Assembly: GCF_963921235.1 (NCBI RefSeq) | Contig: NC_086106.1 | Location: forward strand, 26,040,001-26,104,000 | Direction of reading: 5' to 3' | Origin: Mobula hypostoma | Lineage: Eukaryota | Length of the DNA: 64,000 bases | Shown: in pieces, positions 35,346-49,436 of the stretch | How positions within the stretch are numbered: the first letter of the stretch is position 1 | How the letters are laid out: each line of letters begins with the position of its first letter | The notes under the pieces: generated by a model | Told to the model about the DNA's origin: nothing | What the model saw: only the letters and a program-made list of their open reading frames with translations | Database searches by the model: none | Translations under genes and position numbers: made by a program

Positions 35346-36307
35346 CATTCTCACTGAACGGAGAATGGAACGCTGCATCGATGGTAAAGAGCAAAGGACA
35401 GAACTCCATTCTAATGTGCTCCCCTCATTTTAAAGAACGAGGGGACACGGTCTACTCGAAGGACGTTCATAGAAGGTTCCTCTGGCTGCAGTGGTTATAT
35501 ATTTGAGCAGGTGGTTCAGCATGTTCGCTGTTTAAAGGGCTGAAGAGGTCGATTGAATGGTTTGGATGTGTGCTGCAGATGAGAAGGATAAGCACTGTTA
35601 GACAAACTTCTCTTGGCGAAAGAAGTTAGGAGAAAGGGACGTCGATAGGATTGAGAGATTGTCTTCAGAAGTAAGGCGGAAGATTGGGATCTGATGCAAA
35701 TATGAGGTAGTCTGCAACCAGATAGGTAAGGATGGTGGGCAGCTGGGAACAGTTGGGGCAAATGGCGTCGATATAGGTGATTGAGTGCGTGGAGCCCGGG
35801 GCAGGAGCAGAAAAATAGAAAGACTGATAACTTTGGTGGTGTTGGAAAGAAGGGATGATTTGAATGGAAGTGGGTAGCTCACACGAACAGAGAACGATAA
35901 GACCAAGACATTTGAAACAGGTGAATTAAAAGTTAATACCGTCGCTTTGCAGATACCCCAGAGAGAAAATGAGGTGCAGTCCCTCCTGTTTGTAGTTGGC
36001 CTCACTCTGGTTTTGGAGGAAGCTGACGAAGTCAGCCTCTCCCTATCTACCAAACCGTTATCCTCGTATATGCAATACTCCACCTTTCTGCGCGTCCCAA
36101 ACTGCAAATAAGGGGCATAAGTGAGGGACGTCTTGGTTATGGGGGTGGGGTGTACGGGTGTTGAATCTCTTGTCCTTTGACATTGTAGCCATGATTAATC
36201 TCTACCCAGGGAGATGTGCGGTCGCCTCTGTTTCCTGCTCGGCGCTCTTTGTATATGGAAGAAGTACTGAGGATACCCCTGCTACTCCGACCCATGGCAA
36301 TCGGGTC

Positions 36308-36612
36308 AAATTGTTGTTCAGATCCTCCCTCGCCCTTAAACCAAATATACACGGCAAAATTCCGCACAAAAACCCGGAACGACTTAAACCATTGGCCTTT
36401 CTGATCCAGAGGACCCGACGTCCTGCCAGGACTGTCTTCAGGCTGAATCACATCTCCAGTGATGAATACTGTCAACATTTTCCACGATGCTGAACATACC
36501 ACGTATTGCATTCGCCAGTTTTGAGCAACTGCAGCTAAGTGATATCGTCTGCCTTTCTTCGTTCATTAATTACCTCCGAACCTGGGCCAACGAAGCCACC
36601 TCACTCTTACCT
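36308..36612 (-). pseudogene. Family-A V pseudogene lacking leader exon and heptamer
   Basis: Acceptor TATTACAG at 36612-36611, in-frame TAA in FR1, frameshift before the Trp, 18-nt deletion removing the end of V and the heptamer; spacer and nonamer remnant ACAACAATT. Confidence 0.85.
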
Positions 36613-36734
36613 GTAATAAACCCCGGGGTTTGAGCCATGGATAAGATACGTTGAATCGAGAGAATTGAATACCTGCACGTCAGGCTCATCCGACAGTCCG
36701 TGAGACAAGTATGTAATCAGAACGAACATGTGCC

Positions 36735-36812
<78 letters not shown>

Positions 36813-37120
36813 TCTGTGATCAGCATAAGGGTCCCATTATAATTAATAGACGATTTAGAACTTCTATAAGAGGATGGTGACTAGTTTTGCTCTCCCGCCT
36901 GGTGCCCTGGAGGCATTATCGATTAAATTCACAGAAAAGAAAGTTTTGTAAAGGAATTAAGGGACATGTGGGGACTTCAGAATTAAGGGAGCGGACGTTA
37001 ATAAATGAAGGTGGAATCTGGGATAGTCGAATCGCCAGGCCGTCTTTTTTTCCCCTGTTAATGATCATAGTGCTGTAAGTCATTCTAGCTATTCCGGATA
37101 ACTGTTCATTGTTCAAGCGT

Positions 37121-37288
37121 NNNNNNNNNNNNNNNNNNNNNNNNNNNNNNNNNNNNNNNNNNNNNNNNNNNNNNNNNNNNNNNNNNNNNNNNNNNNNNNN
37201 NNNNNNNNNNNNNNNNNNNNNNNNNNNNNNNNNNNNNNNNNNNNNNNNNNNNNNNNNNNNNNNNNNNNNNNNNNNNNNNNNNNNNNNN
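37121..37288. other. Assembly gap (168 N)
   Basis: N run between a V-pseudogene unit and the tRNA-upstream block. Confidence 0.99.
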
Positions 37289-38559
37289 AAAATAGATTAG
37301 ACTGTAAGTTTTCGCGCAGCTGGACTGTTGCGTACTCAAGGTGAATATGAGGAGACGTTCCTGGTTTTCTTGATTCATCGCACACCTCTACCTGGCTCTA
37401 TCTGCCCATCATCCCTCCTCCATTTCGGCTACATGTCCTTCCCATCACTTGTGTATATTGGCTATCAGCCCTCTACACTCTCAGTCCCGTTCCATGGTTT
37501 CCATCTTGCACGACAACTACTCTTTTACCTCCTCGGACGCTGCTTCGCCCACAGGGATCTTCCAGCAGTGTATTTTTATTGTTTTTTTTCTTCTGCTCAT
37601 ATATGCTTATGCAACAATCGATCATTTATTTCAGGATGAAGGAATGTGGTGGTAGGAGATGAGAGTGCAAGGCAGAGTTTGAATCCACTGGGATGGTAGT
37701 TTCGGCAACACCGAATCTAGAGCGATCAATTAGGAAAGAATGTGATCCTTGCAGACTGAGGCACAAGCACACCCGGGCACAGGAGCACAAAACGGCGAAT
37801 TTTTTTCTCTCTCAAAGTGGGAAATACCAAAGAACGATTTTCTGGCAGAGTGTAGTCCGTATGAAAGAGAGCTGAAAACGAGTACTAGAAGTAATTTTAA
37901 AAAGCGAATTGAGAAATGAAAAGGAAGTGTGAAAAAAATACCGGATCGCTCGGGCTGAGTGGGTCGGTCTTGCACAGAGTTTGTATATTATGGGCCCAAT
38001 GGTTCGATTCTGTGACCTTCGGATTAGAAGCCTGAGCGGTTCTGCATTGGACAGGGTGGGGTTTTATAACCATTCCTTTAAACTGGAATAAATTGTCCAA
38101 CATCCTCTTGGAGCGATGTTATACATATTAAAGTAGCACGTGAAAAATCGTGCAAACAAATGATCTTGTGTACAACCCTCTTATGTTTCCCTGCCGGATT
38201 GCTCCCTAAATTCACTGATTACATCTGATTCCACCAACCCGCGACAGTTCCACGCTGTGTGTTAAAAAACACTGTCACTAAACTCCCGTCGTTTAAAAAA
38301 AAATCTCCTTCTTCTCCTCTTAAATTTGTGCCCTTCAGTTCTTAAACTTATGAACTTACATATATGGTCTCGCCCAAGAATGAAATAACAAGAGGAGTTG
38401 AAAGTTGAAATATTAGGAAAGTTGAAATATTGTTTGTTAACGGAATGCGAGTGCACCGGGGTACGACAGCCCAGTACATTCGGCAGTATCCGAGCAGGAA
38501 ATCCGGGACAGTTTTTTGAATTGGAAAGTAAAGGTTTAAGTCTTTCTTGCTTGTATCGC

Positions 38560-38642
38560 ACCAGGATGGCCGAGTGGTTAAGGCGTTGGACTTAAGATCC
38601 AATGAACGAATGTTCACGTGGGTTCGAGCCCCACTCCTGGTA
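38560..38642 (+). tRNA. tRNA-Leu-TAA: tRNA-Leu (anticodon UAA)
   Basis: 83 nt ACCAGGATGGCCGAGTGGTTAAGGCGTTGGACTTAAGATCCAATGAACGAATGTTCACGTGGGTTCGAGCCCCACTCCTGGTA; all stems pair; long variable arm; T5 run ~25 nt downstream. Confidence 0.95.
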
Positions 38643-40555
38643 ACTCATTGACAGGCTCAGACTGAATTTTTCGGGGCACAGAAGTATTTCCACGTTTATT
38701 ATATTTAAAGTATACTTATATATTTTCCGCAAAACTCAGGTGGGAGGCCATTCGGGCCCACTTCCAACACATTCCACCACCACCCGCCCCCCGTGATCTC
38801 GTTAGAGCGAAAGAGGACAGAAGGCCTAAAAGTACCGCGATCTCTCAATCAGTTTGCAAACCCCACTGCTTCCCGTTACCCCAAACACAACAGATTCTGC
38901 AGATGCTGAAATTCCGGAGCAAAACCCACAAACTGCTGGAGGAACTCAATAGGTCCCGTAACGTCTATGGAAATGAATAAACAGTCCACTTTCCGGGCCG
39001 ACTCCCTTATTAAGGACTGGAAAGGAAAGGGGATGACACCCTGATGTAAAGTTGAAGTGGGGGAAGGAGGACAAGTCAAAAGTTGATACGTGAAACCAGG
39101 TGGGTGAGAAAGGTAAAGAGCGGGAGAAGAATAAATCTAATGGGAGAGGAGAGTGGACCATGTGAGAAAAGGAAGCAGGATGGGCTCCAGGAGAATGTGA
39201 TAGACAAGAGAGGAGAAAGATAAGAGGTCGGAGTGGAGGACGGAAGAAGAGGTAAGGGGGAGAAGAAAATGACTGGAGAAAAGTACTGGTCGGTTTGAAG
39301 CAACTACTATATTTGACAAAACAGGATACAGCAGGCATCATATTGAAGCCCTTTCAGTCGACGCTACCCAATATTTTATGTGCTAAACATCAAAAGACAA
39401 TTACATATCTACAATGCATCCATAATGCTTTTTTGGAAGTACACAGAATCTTCACGGGTCCCGATTTCCACACCACAGACATCTAAATGAATTTTAATCA
39501 GCATTCTCTGGCCCGTGATACAAGGCTTTTGGGAACCTATTGTCCAGAGCTGTATTTCACATTAAATCTACAATGTATGTTCGAATCTGCAGGCCAGTGA
39601 CCGAAGTCAGTTACGCTAATTGCTACATGTGCTAGACTCAGAAATCTGCATAATAAGGCAACGAGCTGGAAAGAAGAAATCTGATAGGAGAGGAGAGTGG
39701 ACCATGTGAGCAAGGGAAGAAGGAGGGGCACCGGGGGAGGTGATAGACAGGTGGGGTGAATTTGGAGTCAGAGTGAGGAATGGAAGAAGACGGAAGGAGG
39801 AGGAGGGAAAAATGCCATAAGGAGAAATCGATCAAGTTGAAGCCTACCTGGACGGATGATGAGGTGTAACTCCTCCACCTTAAGAGTCGCCTCACTGTGG
39901 CAGAAGAGGGGAGTCCACAGAGTCCAGACAATCATGTCGGGAAGTGAATGGGGATTGGAATTAAAATGGTAACCGAGAAATTCTGCTTGTGGCAGATGGA
40001 GTGAAGGTGTTCGACAAAGCAATCCCTCAATGTCCATTGGGTCTCACCAATACAGGGTATCAGGAGCATCGGATACAACGGACGTATCCGAAGCTCTTGG
40101 CACTCTGATGCCCTAGAAAGAAAAGCTTCTTTCTGGGAAAAGCTGCAAAGGAGACGAAGAAACTGATAAAAGTGAAGAGCATTTTACAGGAGACAAGGTA
40201 GGGAGAGGTATAGTCAAGGTACCGTGGGATATAAAAGAAGATGGTGGCCTAATTGTTTCCAGAGACGGAGACAGAGGGATCGAGAAATGGGAGAAAGGCG
40301 TCAGAAATTGTCCAAGTGAATGTTAGGGCATGGTGGATGTTGGATGCAAAGTTGAAATTGACAAGTTCAGTAGAGGTGCATGAAGAAGCTCCAATGCCGT
40401 CGTCAGGGTAGTTTAGAAAGAGCTGTGGGGCATTACTTTGGAAGGTTTGGAACATGGACTGTTCCACGTACCCGATAAAATGGTAGGCATTTCTGGAGGC
40501 CTTGCATTAAAAGTTGGGGTAGACATTTTTTCTCCAGAGATAAAGACAGCGAGTT

Positions 40556-40560
<5 letters not shown>

Positions 40561-40610
<50 letters not shown>
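40561..40610. repeat. (GA)n microsatellite
   Basis: 25 perfect AG units. Confidence 0.97.
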
Positions 40611-40614
<4 letters not shown>

Positions 40615-41384
40615 TGAGAGAAAGAGGTGATTAAGGACAGGGAGGAAACTGGAGACAAAATAATGACCATTTTAAGCTCAGCATGTGCGAATGAAGCAGC
40701 ACCAAATCAATCATCAAGGTAACGCAGAAAGGGCTGGGGAGCATTATCTTGGAAGGCTTGAAACATGGACTGATCGACGTAGCCAACGAAAAGCCAGGCA
40801 AAGTTGAGACCCACGCGCCTCCTGTACCATCTTTGGGGCGCGGGTGTGTGGCCGCACAGTGACATAAATGCTTCCTTTCACATAGCCTTTATTGCCGCGC
40901 AGCTGGAAGATGAGCCGATTATAGAACCAATCAGAACGAGCTTGTGTTAACAGAGTCTCTACGTTTCTCACTCTCGGCTCTTCTCTCGCATCTTCTTGCA
41001 CTAGAAATCCTTCCCACACAGTCTCTCCTTCTCTTCTTTCTCTTTCATTGTCACTCTTTCTCACCTGTTTCCTAATTCATCTTCTCTTTCTCCTTTCTCC
41101 TACATTTTCCTTCCACGTTTTTGTTCTCCTTCACTTTTAGCCATTTTCTTTTCTCGATTCCTCACTATCTCGCATTGCCTCTCCTCTCCCTCTCTGCCTC
41201 CTTCCCTCTTGCTTTACCCTCTCTGTCCTCGCTTTGCCCTCTTCCTTTGTCTTTTCGCCTTTTTCACTGTCTTTCTATGTCGTGTCTTCTCTGTTATTCA
41301 TTATCTTTCTTTCCCACATTCGCGTCAAGTCCAGCCGTCCAAAACTCCTCAACACCCCCGCCCGGTCTTTCATCATGATACCCC

Positions 41385-41637
41385 ACGCTGTTGGGCGGAC
41401 CACACATAGGCTCAGCCAGTTTCTGTGCAACTGCCCTGAGTGAGAACTTCTGCGCTTCCTTGAATTTGAATTCTCTCGGTTCCTGGCTCATCCAATCCGC
41501 CCCATTCGTACCTGTAACACAGAAGTTTGAGAGCGGCCCTGATGACACTGATCACGTAGGACAAGCACTTAGCAATTAGACAGAGACCCAGCAGGACGAG
41601 AAGTCATCAGGATCAGCAACCAAAGCAGGAGAGACAT
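41385..41637 (-). pseudogene. Family-A V pseudogene, 3'-truncated
   Basis: Leader 41637-41592 (MSLLLWLLILMTSRP) with donor GT changed to CT; acceptor at 41513-41512; frameshift and TGA near the first Cys; sequence breaks off after FR2; no RSS. Confidence 0.85.
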
Positions 41638-42352
41638 GGTATTTGAATTATAATCAACAGTAGGACATTTCGAAAATGTGACACAAGAGAAGCTCATTGC
41701 TTGACGGCAGGGTCATCCGACAGTCCATGGAAAATAGGTGGCCAATCAGAACGAGCATGTGTTAAAAGAGCCTCTTAGTTTCTCATTATCGTCCTCTCTC
41801 CTGCGTCTTCTTTTTGCAGCTGTATCCTTCCTCCTCCTCTCTATTCAACACTTTCTCTAGTCGGTTTTTCTCACCTGTTTCCTGTCTCTCCTTCTCCCCC
41901 CTTCTCTTTTCCCCTCTTCCTTTGTCTTTTCATTTTCTCCCTTTTCCTTTTGTCAGTTTATTCTATTTACCTTTCTCTCTTCCCCGTCTCCTTCATTCTC
42001 CCTCTTCGCTCGCTCTCTCTCTCTCTCACTCTCTCTCTCTCTCTCTCTCTTTCTCTCTGTCCCACATTTCAGCACAAAGATCCCTTGATGTAAGTATACA
42101 AGGATACAAGATCTAACTTCCATAAGGGATTAGTGGCTTGCTTTTCTCTTGTTGCTTTGGAAGTACAGTCGATTAATATCACAGAAGAGATATTTATATT
42201 TTAAATTATTTACGCGACAATCAATATGGACACTTGAAAAAATGAAAGCGGGTGAAAGAAATGAAAGAGTGAAGAGGGAATCTGGAATTCTCCAATGGCC
42301 AGGTCTTTCACTTTTTGCTAATGATCGCTCATTGTTCAAGCACCCAATCAGT

Positions 42353-45300
42353 ACATAGAACATAGAATAGTACAGCACAGTACAGGCCCTTCGGCCCACA
42401 ATGTTGTACCGACCCTCAAACCCTGCCTCCTATATAAGCCCCCACCTTAATTTCCTCCATATACCTGTCTAGTAGTCTCTTAAACTTCACTAGTGTATGT
42501 GCCTCCACCACTGACTCAGGCAGTGCATTCCACGCACCAACCACTCTCTGAGTAAAGAACCTTCCTCTAATATCCCCCTTGAACTTCCCACCCCTTACCT
42601 TAAAGCCATGTCGTCTTGTATTGAGCAGTGGTGCCCTGGGGAAGAGGAGCTGGCTGTCCACTCTATCTATTCCTCTTGTACACCTCCATCATGTCTCCTC
42701 TCAACCTCCTTCTCTCCAAAGAGTAAAACCCTAGCTCCCTTAATCTCTGATCAAAATGCATACTTTCTACACCAGGCAGCATCCTGGTAAATCTCCTCTG
42801 TACCCTTTCCAATGCTTCCACATCCTTCCTATAGTGAGGTGACCAGAACTGGACACAGTACTCCAAGTGTGGCCTAACCAGAGTTTTATAGAGCTGCATC
42901 ATTACATCGCGGCTCTTAAACTCTATCCCTCGACTTATGAAAGCTAACATCCCATAAACTTTCTTATCTACCCTATCCACCTGTGAGGCAACTTTCAGGG
43001 ATCTGTGGATATGTACCCCGAGATCCCTCTGCTCTTCCACACTACCAAGTATCCTGCCATTTACTTTGTACTCTGCCTTGGAGTCTGTCCTTCCAAAGTG
43101 TACCACCTCACACTTCTCCGGGTTGAACTCCATCTGCCAGTTCTCAGCCCACTTCTGCGTCCTATCAATGTCTTTCTGCAATCCTTGACAATCCTCTACA
43201 CTATCTACAACACCACCAACCTTTGTGTCGTCTGCAAATTTGCCAACCCACCCTTCTACCCCGACATCCAGGTCGTTAATAAAAATCACGAAAAGTAGAG
43301 GTCCCAGAACAGATTCTTGTGGGACACCACTAGTCACAATCCTCCAATATGAATGTACTCCCTCCACCACCACCCTCTGCCTTCTGCAGGCAAGCCAATT
43401 CTGAATCCACCTGGCCAAACTTCCCTGGATCCCATGCCTTCTAACTTTCTGAATAAGCCTACCGTGTGGAACCTTGTCAAATGCCTTACTAAAATCCATA
43501 TGGATCACATCCACTGCACTACCTTCATCTATATGCCTGGTCACCTCCTCAAAGAACTCTATCAGGCTTGTTAGACACGAACTGTCCTTCACAAAGCCAT
43601 GCTGACTGTCCCTGATCAGACCATGATTCTCTAAATGCCTATAGATCCTATCTCTAAGAATCTTTTCCAACAGCTTTCCGACCACTGGTCTATAATTACC
43701 CGGACTATCCCTACTACCTTTTTTGAACAAGGCAACAATATTCGCCTCCCTCCAATCCTCCAGTATCATTCCCGTGGACAACGAGGACATAAAGATCCTA
43801 GCCAGAGGCTCAGCAATCTCTTCTCTCGCCTCGTGGAGCAGCCTGGGGAATATGCCGTCAGGCCCCGGGGACTTATCTATCCTAATGTATTTTAACAACT
43901 CCAAAACCTCCTCTCCCTTAATATCAACATGCTCCAGAACATCAACCTCACTCATATTGTCCTCACCATCATCAAGTTCCCTCTCATTGGTGAATACCGA
44001 AGAGAAGTATTCATTGAGGACCTCGCTCACTTCCACAGCCTCCAGGCACATCTTCCCATCTTTATCTCTAACCGGTCCTACCTTCACTCCTGTCATCCTT
44101 TTTTTCTTCACATAATTGAAGAATGCCTTGGGGTTTTCATTTACCCTACTCGCCAAGGCCTTCTCATGCCCCCTTCTTGCTCTTCTCAGCCCCTTCTTAA
44201 GCTCCTTTCTTGCTTCCCTATATTCCTCAATAGACCCATCTGATCTTTGCTTCCTAAACCTCATGTATGCTGCTACACCTGACTAGATTTTCCACCTCAC
44301 TTGTCACCCATGGTTCCTTCACCCTACCACTCTTTATCTTCCTCACCGGGACGAATTTATCCCTAACATCCTGCAAGAGATCTCTAAACATCGACCACAT
44401 GTCCATAGTACATTTCCCTGCAAAAACGTCATCCCAATTCACACCCGCAAGTTCTAGCCTTATAGCCTCATAATTTGCCTTTCCCCAATTAAAAATTTTC
44501 CTGTCCTCTTTGATTCTATCCTTTTCCATGATAATTATAAAGGCCAGGGAGCGGTGGTCACTGTCCCCCAGATGCTCACCCACTGAGGGATCTGTGACCT
44601 GACCCGGTTCATTACCTAGTACTAGATCTAGTATGGCATTCCCCCCGGTCGGCCTGTCCACATACTGTGACAGGAATCCACCCTGGACACACTTAACAAA
44701 TTCTGCCCCATCTAAACCCTTGGAACTAATCAGGTGCCAATCAATATTAGGGAAGTTAAAGTCACCCATGATAACAACCCTGTTATTTTTGCACCTTTCC
44801 AAAATCTGCCTCCCAATCTTCTCCTCTGTATCTCTGCTGCTACCAGGGGGCCTATAGAATACCCCCAGTAGAGTAACTGCTCCCTTCCTGTTCCTGACTT
44901 CCACCCATATTGACTCAAAAGAGGATACTGCCCTTTCTGTAGCTGTAGTAGTATCCCTGACCAGTAATGCCACCCCTCCTCCCCTTTTTCCGCCCTCTCT
45001 ATCCCTTTTAAAGCACTGAAATCCAGGAATATTGAGAATCAATTCCTGCCCTGGTGCCAGCCAAGTCTCTGTAATGGCCACTACATCATAATTCCATGTA
45101 TGTATCCAAGCTCTCAGTTCATCACCTTTGTTCATGATGCTTCTTGCATTGAGGTACACACATTTCAGCCCTTCTACCTTACTGTCTTTACACCGTTTAT
45201 TCTGCTTCTCTTTCCTCAAAGCCTCTCTGTATGTTAGATCTGGCATTACTCCATGCACTTCTTTCACTGCTCTATCGCTCTGGGTCCCATCCCCCTCGCA

Positions 45301-46394
45301 AATTAGTTTAAACCCTCCCGAACCATGCTAGCAAACCTACCTGCAAGGATATTGCTCCCCCTCGAGTTCAGGTGCAACCCATCCAATCTGTACAGGTCCC
45401 ACCTTCCCCAGAAGAGATCCCAATGATCTAAAAATCTAAAACCCTGCTCCCTGCACCAACTCCTCAGCCACGCATTCAACTGCCACCTCCTCCAATTCTT
45501 ACCATCTCTGTCACGTAGCACTGGCAGCAATCCTGAGAACGTCACCCTTGAGGTCCTGTTCTTCAGCCTTCAGCCTAATTCCCGAAACTCACACTTCAGG
45601 ACCTCATCCCTCTTCCTGCCTATGTCGTAGGTCCCAACATGTATCACGACTTCTGGGTTCTTTCCCTCTCGTACCAGGATGTCGTACACCCGGTCAGAGA
45701 CATCCCGGACCCTGGCACCCGGGAGGCAACAAACCATGCGGGTGTCCTTCTCACGTCCACAAAATCTCCTGTCTGCTCCCCTGACTATAGAGTCTCCAAT
45801 GACGACAGCTCTCTTCTTCTCTGTCCCACCCTTCTGCACCACAGGGTCAGATTCAGTGCCGGAGGCCCTGCCACCGTGGCTCACACCTGGTCGGTCATCC
45901 CCGCCAACAGTTTCCAGGATGGTAAACTTATTATTCAGGGGATTATCTACAGGGGTGCTTTGCACTACCTGTCTGCTCACCTTCGCTTTCCCCCCTCTGA
46001 CGGTCACCCAACGACCTGCTTCCGACAGCCTAGGTGTAACTACCTCCCTGTAGCTCTCATCTATGACTGCCTCATTCTCCCTTATGAGTCGAAGGTCATC
46101 CAGCTGCTGCTCCAGATTCCTTACACGGTCTTCCAGGTCGCCCAGCCATATGCACTTCTGGCAGATGTGACTCTGCGGGAGAGGGGCGTTCCCCCAAGAC
46201 TGCCACATCTCACATTAGAGGCACATCACCGTCTCAGGAGACATTGTAAAGACTAACTGCGAGCTAGCTCGTCCTTCGCCTCTTCTCGTCGAAGCCTCTC
46301 GAGTCAAAGCCTCAAAGCTCCACTCCTTCACTGGCCCACTCACGCTCTGGCCGCTTTCCACTGGCCGCTTCGCTTGAGCTATCCCTCTATTTAT
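42353..46394 (-). mobile_element. Near full-length CR1 LINE (ORF1 zinc finger plus SGNH esterase; ORF2 APE endonuclease plus RT)
   Basis: ORF1 45570-46208 and 45303-45545 (CQKC, VIGDSIVRG, VIHVGTYDIG); endonuclease 44254-45267; RT 42663-44264 (KFADD); (TTCTATG)n tail at 42353-42367; ORF2 broken by a frameshift at ~44270 and again near 42663. Confidence 0.97.
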
Positions 46395-48719
46395 CTCAGA
46401 CAGGCTCTGCCTCTCCATCGACGGTGAGACAACGAGAGCGGAGACCAGTTGTTCCGATGCTACAACCTTCCACGTTGCATTTACAATTCCCCGTGTCGAG
46501 GAATAACAGGCTGTCACTCTCCATCAAAAGAGGGAGAGAGAGAGGGTGGATCGCTCGAGTGAAGTGGCCTTCTTCCGACAGCAGCCGGCGATTAGAAACC
46601 ACACTTATATACATCAGTAGGTAGATGAAGTTGGGTGAGCAAGTGAAGAAAAGACAGTGGATGGTAGGTGAGAAGTTGAATCGAACGGGGAGGGAATGAT
46701 GGACAGATGAACCAGGTGTGGAGGTGGAGATGAAAGAATAAGGACAGGACTGAAAGGTGGTAGTTGGAACTAAATGATGTAGGGATGGTGGGCAGGTAGT
46801 ACCAGCTGTGGAGAGAGCAAATACCAGGGAGGAAAATGAAGAAAGGGTGGCGAGATTATCAGGAATTGGGCAATTCAAATATTGGACCAGCCTGAGGTCC
46901 TATACCATCAGGTTCAAGAACAGCTGCTTCACTTCAACAATTCGTCTTTGAACCAACCACAAACCGGCAAAACCATATTTACTAGAGTTAGGGGCAGTGT
47001 GACCATTTTGATCACTTTGCACTAAAATGGGATTCATTTTTTTAGTTCAAATTGTATCCCTTCTTGTAAAAATGTCAATGTTTTTCTGGGGAATGGTGTT
47101 TATCTGAAGCTATACGTCTCTCTTATTGTTGCAAGTAAGTTTTTCATTACACCTGTGCGCATATGTACTTGTGCTCATGACAAAATATGTAAACTTTATG
47201 TCAAAATATGTCAACTTTAAGTATTCGCAAAACTGGGCTGTTTCTCACTCAAGAGAAATATGAGCAGATTTTCTTCTGGTTTTCTCGACTCCTCACACAC
47301 CTTCGCCTGTTTCTATCTGCCCATCACCCATCCCCCATTACGGTTCCACCGATCGCCTACCATCACCCACCACACTTCTTCCCTCTGACTTCTATATGCA
47401 GGCTATCAGCCCTCTGCCCTGTCAGACACGATGCAGGTTTTCCACCTTACACGTCAACCATTCTTTTACCTCCAGAGTTATCCACGGAGTTCGTCCAGCA
47501 TTTTTGTTGTTGTTTTTTTTTTTTTGCTCATAGATGTTTAACAAAACAATCGATCTTTCATTTGTGTATGAGTGAATGTGGTGACGAGAGATGAAAATGC
47601 AAAGCGAAGTTTGAAACCACTGGGATTGTGTCTTCTGCAACACTGAAACCAGACCAATCAATTGGGAAAGATTGTGATACATGCAGAATGAGGCACAAGC
47701 ACTCCTGAGCACTAGAGCACAATAAAGTGACTCATTTTGTCTTAAAGGGGGGAATTCCAAGGAACGATTATATTGAAGTGTGGTCCACATGAAATAGTGC
47801 TGGAAACGGGGTCCGGAATTAAGTTATAAACACAATTGAGGAATGGAAAGGAAGTGTGAACAAATACCAGATCACTCGGGCTAAGTGGATAGATCTTGCA
47901 CAGACATTATATATTATGGGCCCAATGGATGGATTCTGTACCCTTGGTGATTGAGAGCTCGAGCGAAGGGGGTCGGCGGAATGATTATTCATACCACTCT
48001 GTTACCTGGTATAAATGATCCATCATCGCTGGGAGCAATATTATGCATATTAGGATAGCAGCAAAAAAATAAGAATAACTGACCTTGCATTGGTAAATAA
48101 AATACAAATAAATGCAAATGCAAATACAGAAATCGAAGGAAGGTGGATTGGAACAGAGAACAGTACAGCACAGGAACAGGCTCTTCAGTGCACAATGCCT
48201 GTATCTACCACTTTACTAGTTCAGACTGACATGTCCCTGAGCATGGTCCATTTGCCTGCATTTTATGAGCCAATCTAAGTGACCCTTAAACGTTATTCAG
48301 TATTTGTTCCAACACTTCCCTGATAGAGTGTTTCAGGTATCCGCAACGCTCCATGCAAATGAAACACTATCTTAGAAAATTCCTTTTAAACTTTGCCCCT
48401 CTGACCATAAATCTATGCCCTCTACAGGTTGCCATTTCCACCCTGAGGAGAACAATTGGACTCTCGCATATCTCTACCTGTGATACTTGTATGATCCTTT
48501 CTCAGGTCTCCCCTGAGCCTCCAACGCTCCAAAGAGAACACACCAGGTTTGTCCAAACTCTCCCTATCGCTCATACCTTAAAAGCCAGGCAAGATTCCTG
48601 CTAACCTGCTTTCCACCTCATCCGATTTTAGCAAGAGTTAATGCACAAGTATCTGATTACGCTAATCGCCTTCCTTATCAGATTTCAAGATCTGCAGCCA
48701 ACCGTTCTCTTTATATATA

Positions 48720-48739
48720 TGTGTGTGTGTGTATGTGTA

Positions 48740-48784
<45 letters not shown>
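48720..48784. repeat. (GT)n microsatellite; a (CA)n tract also lies at 54574-54613
   Basis: Direct reading. Confidence 0.95.
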
Positions 48785-48786
<2 letters not shown>

Positions 48787-49436
48787 CTCATCTTTTTCTT
48801 TCAGTGCCTTTGCCTCTCTGTTCTTCCTCTCTCCCTCCCTCAAAACCCACCCCGTTCTCTTTCTACATCTCATTTTCCTATAGTTTCATTCTTCTGTTGT
48901 CTCTCATTTTTCTATCGTTTTTCTCATTCATACTTTTTCATTATTCCTTTCACTTACTCTACCAATCAATGTTTGACGTTTTCTATTTATCTTTTTCGTC
49001 TCTCTCTCTCTCTCGAACTCAATCTCTGTCAGTCTTTCTTTCGCAGTCTTTCTGCACTCCCTCTCTCTCCATCTCTATCTATCTATCTATCTCATCCTGT
49101 CAGGGACTGCCTATTCCATTCCCTGTCAGATTGCCACCTAAATTCTGTGATTGCATCTGATTCCAACATTTCGGGGCAGTTCCTGATATTAACCACGCTG
49201 TGTGTAAAAATAAGCTTACCCATCACTCCCAATTGTAAAAAAAAATTCTTAATAATTAAGAATAGCCCACATAAGAGACTACATGACATGTTGAAAGATG
49301 GAATATTAGGAAAGCAGATAAATATTTTTTAATGGATTTCGAGTACACAGGGGTACATTTGGCACTATCCAAGCAGGAATTCCGGGGAAGTGTTTCAATT
49401 TGAAAGTAAGGGTTTACGCCTTTGTGTTTCTGTCAG

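Noticed and set aside
9900-41700. IgH, IgNAR or Ig-like (TAILV/NARTCR) identity of the V segments
   Set aside because: They end in CAV or CAM/CAI rather than YYCAR, lack VH-type FR2 motifs, and I saw no octamer within 200 nt upstream of V1. TRAV/TRDV fits best.
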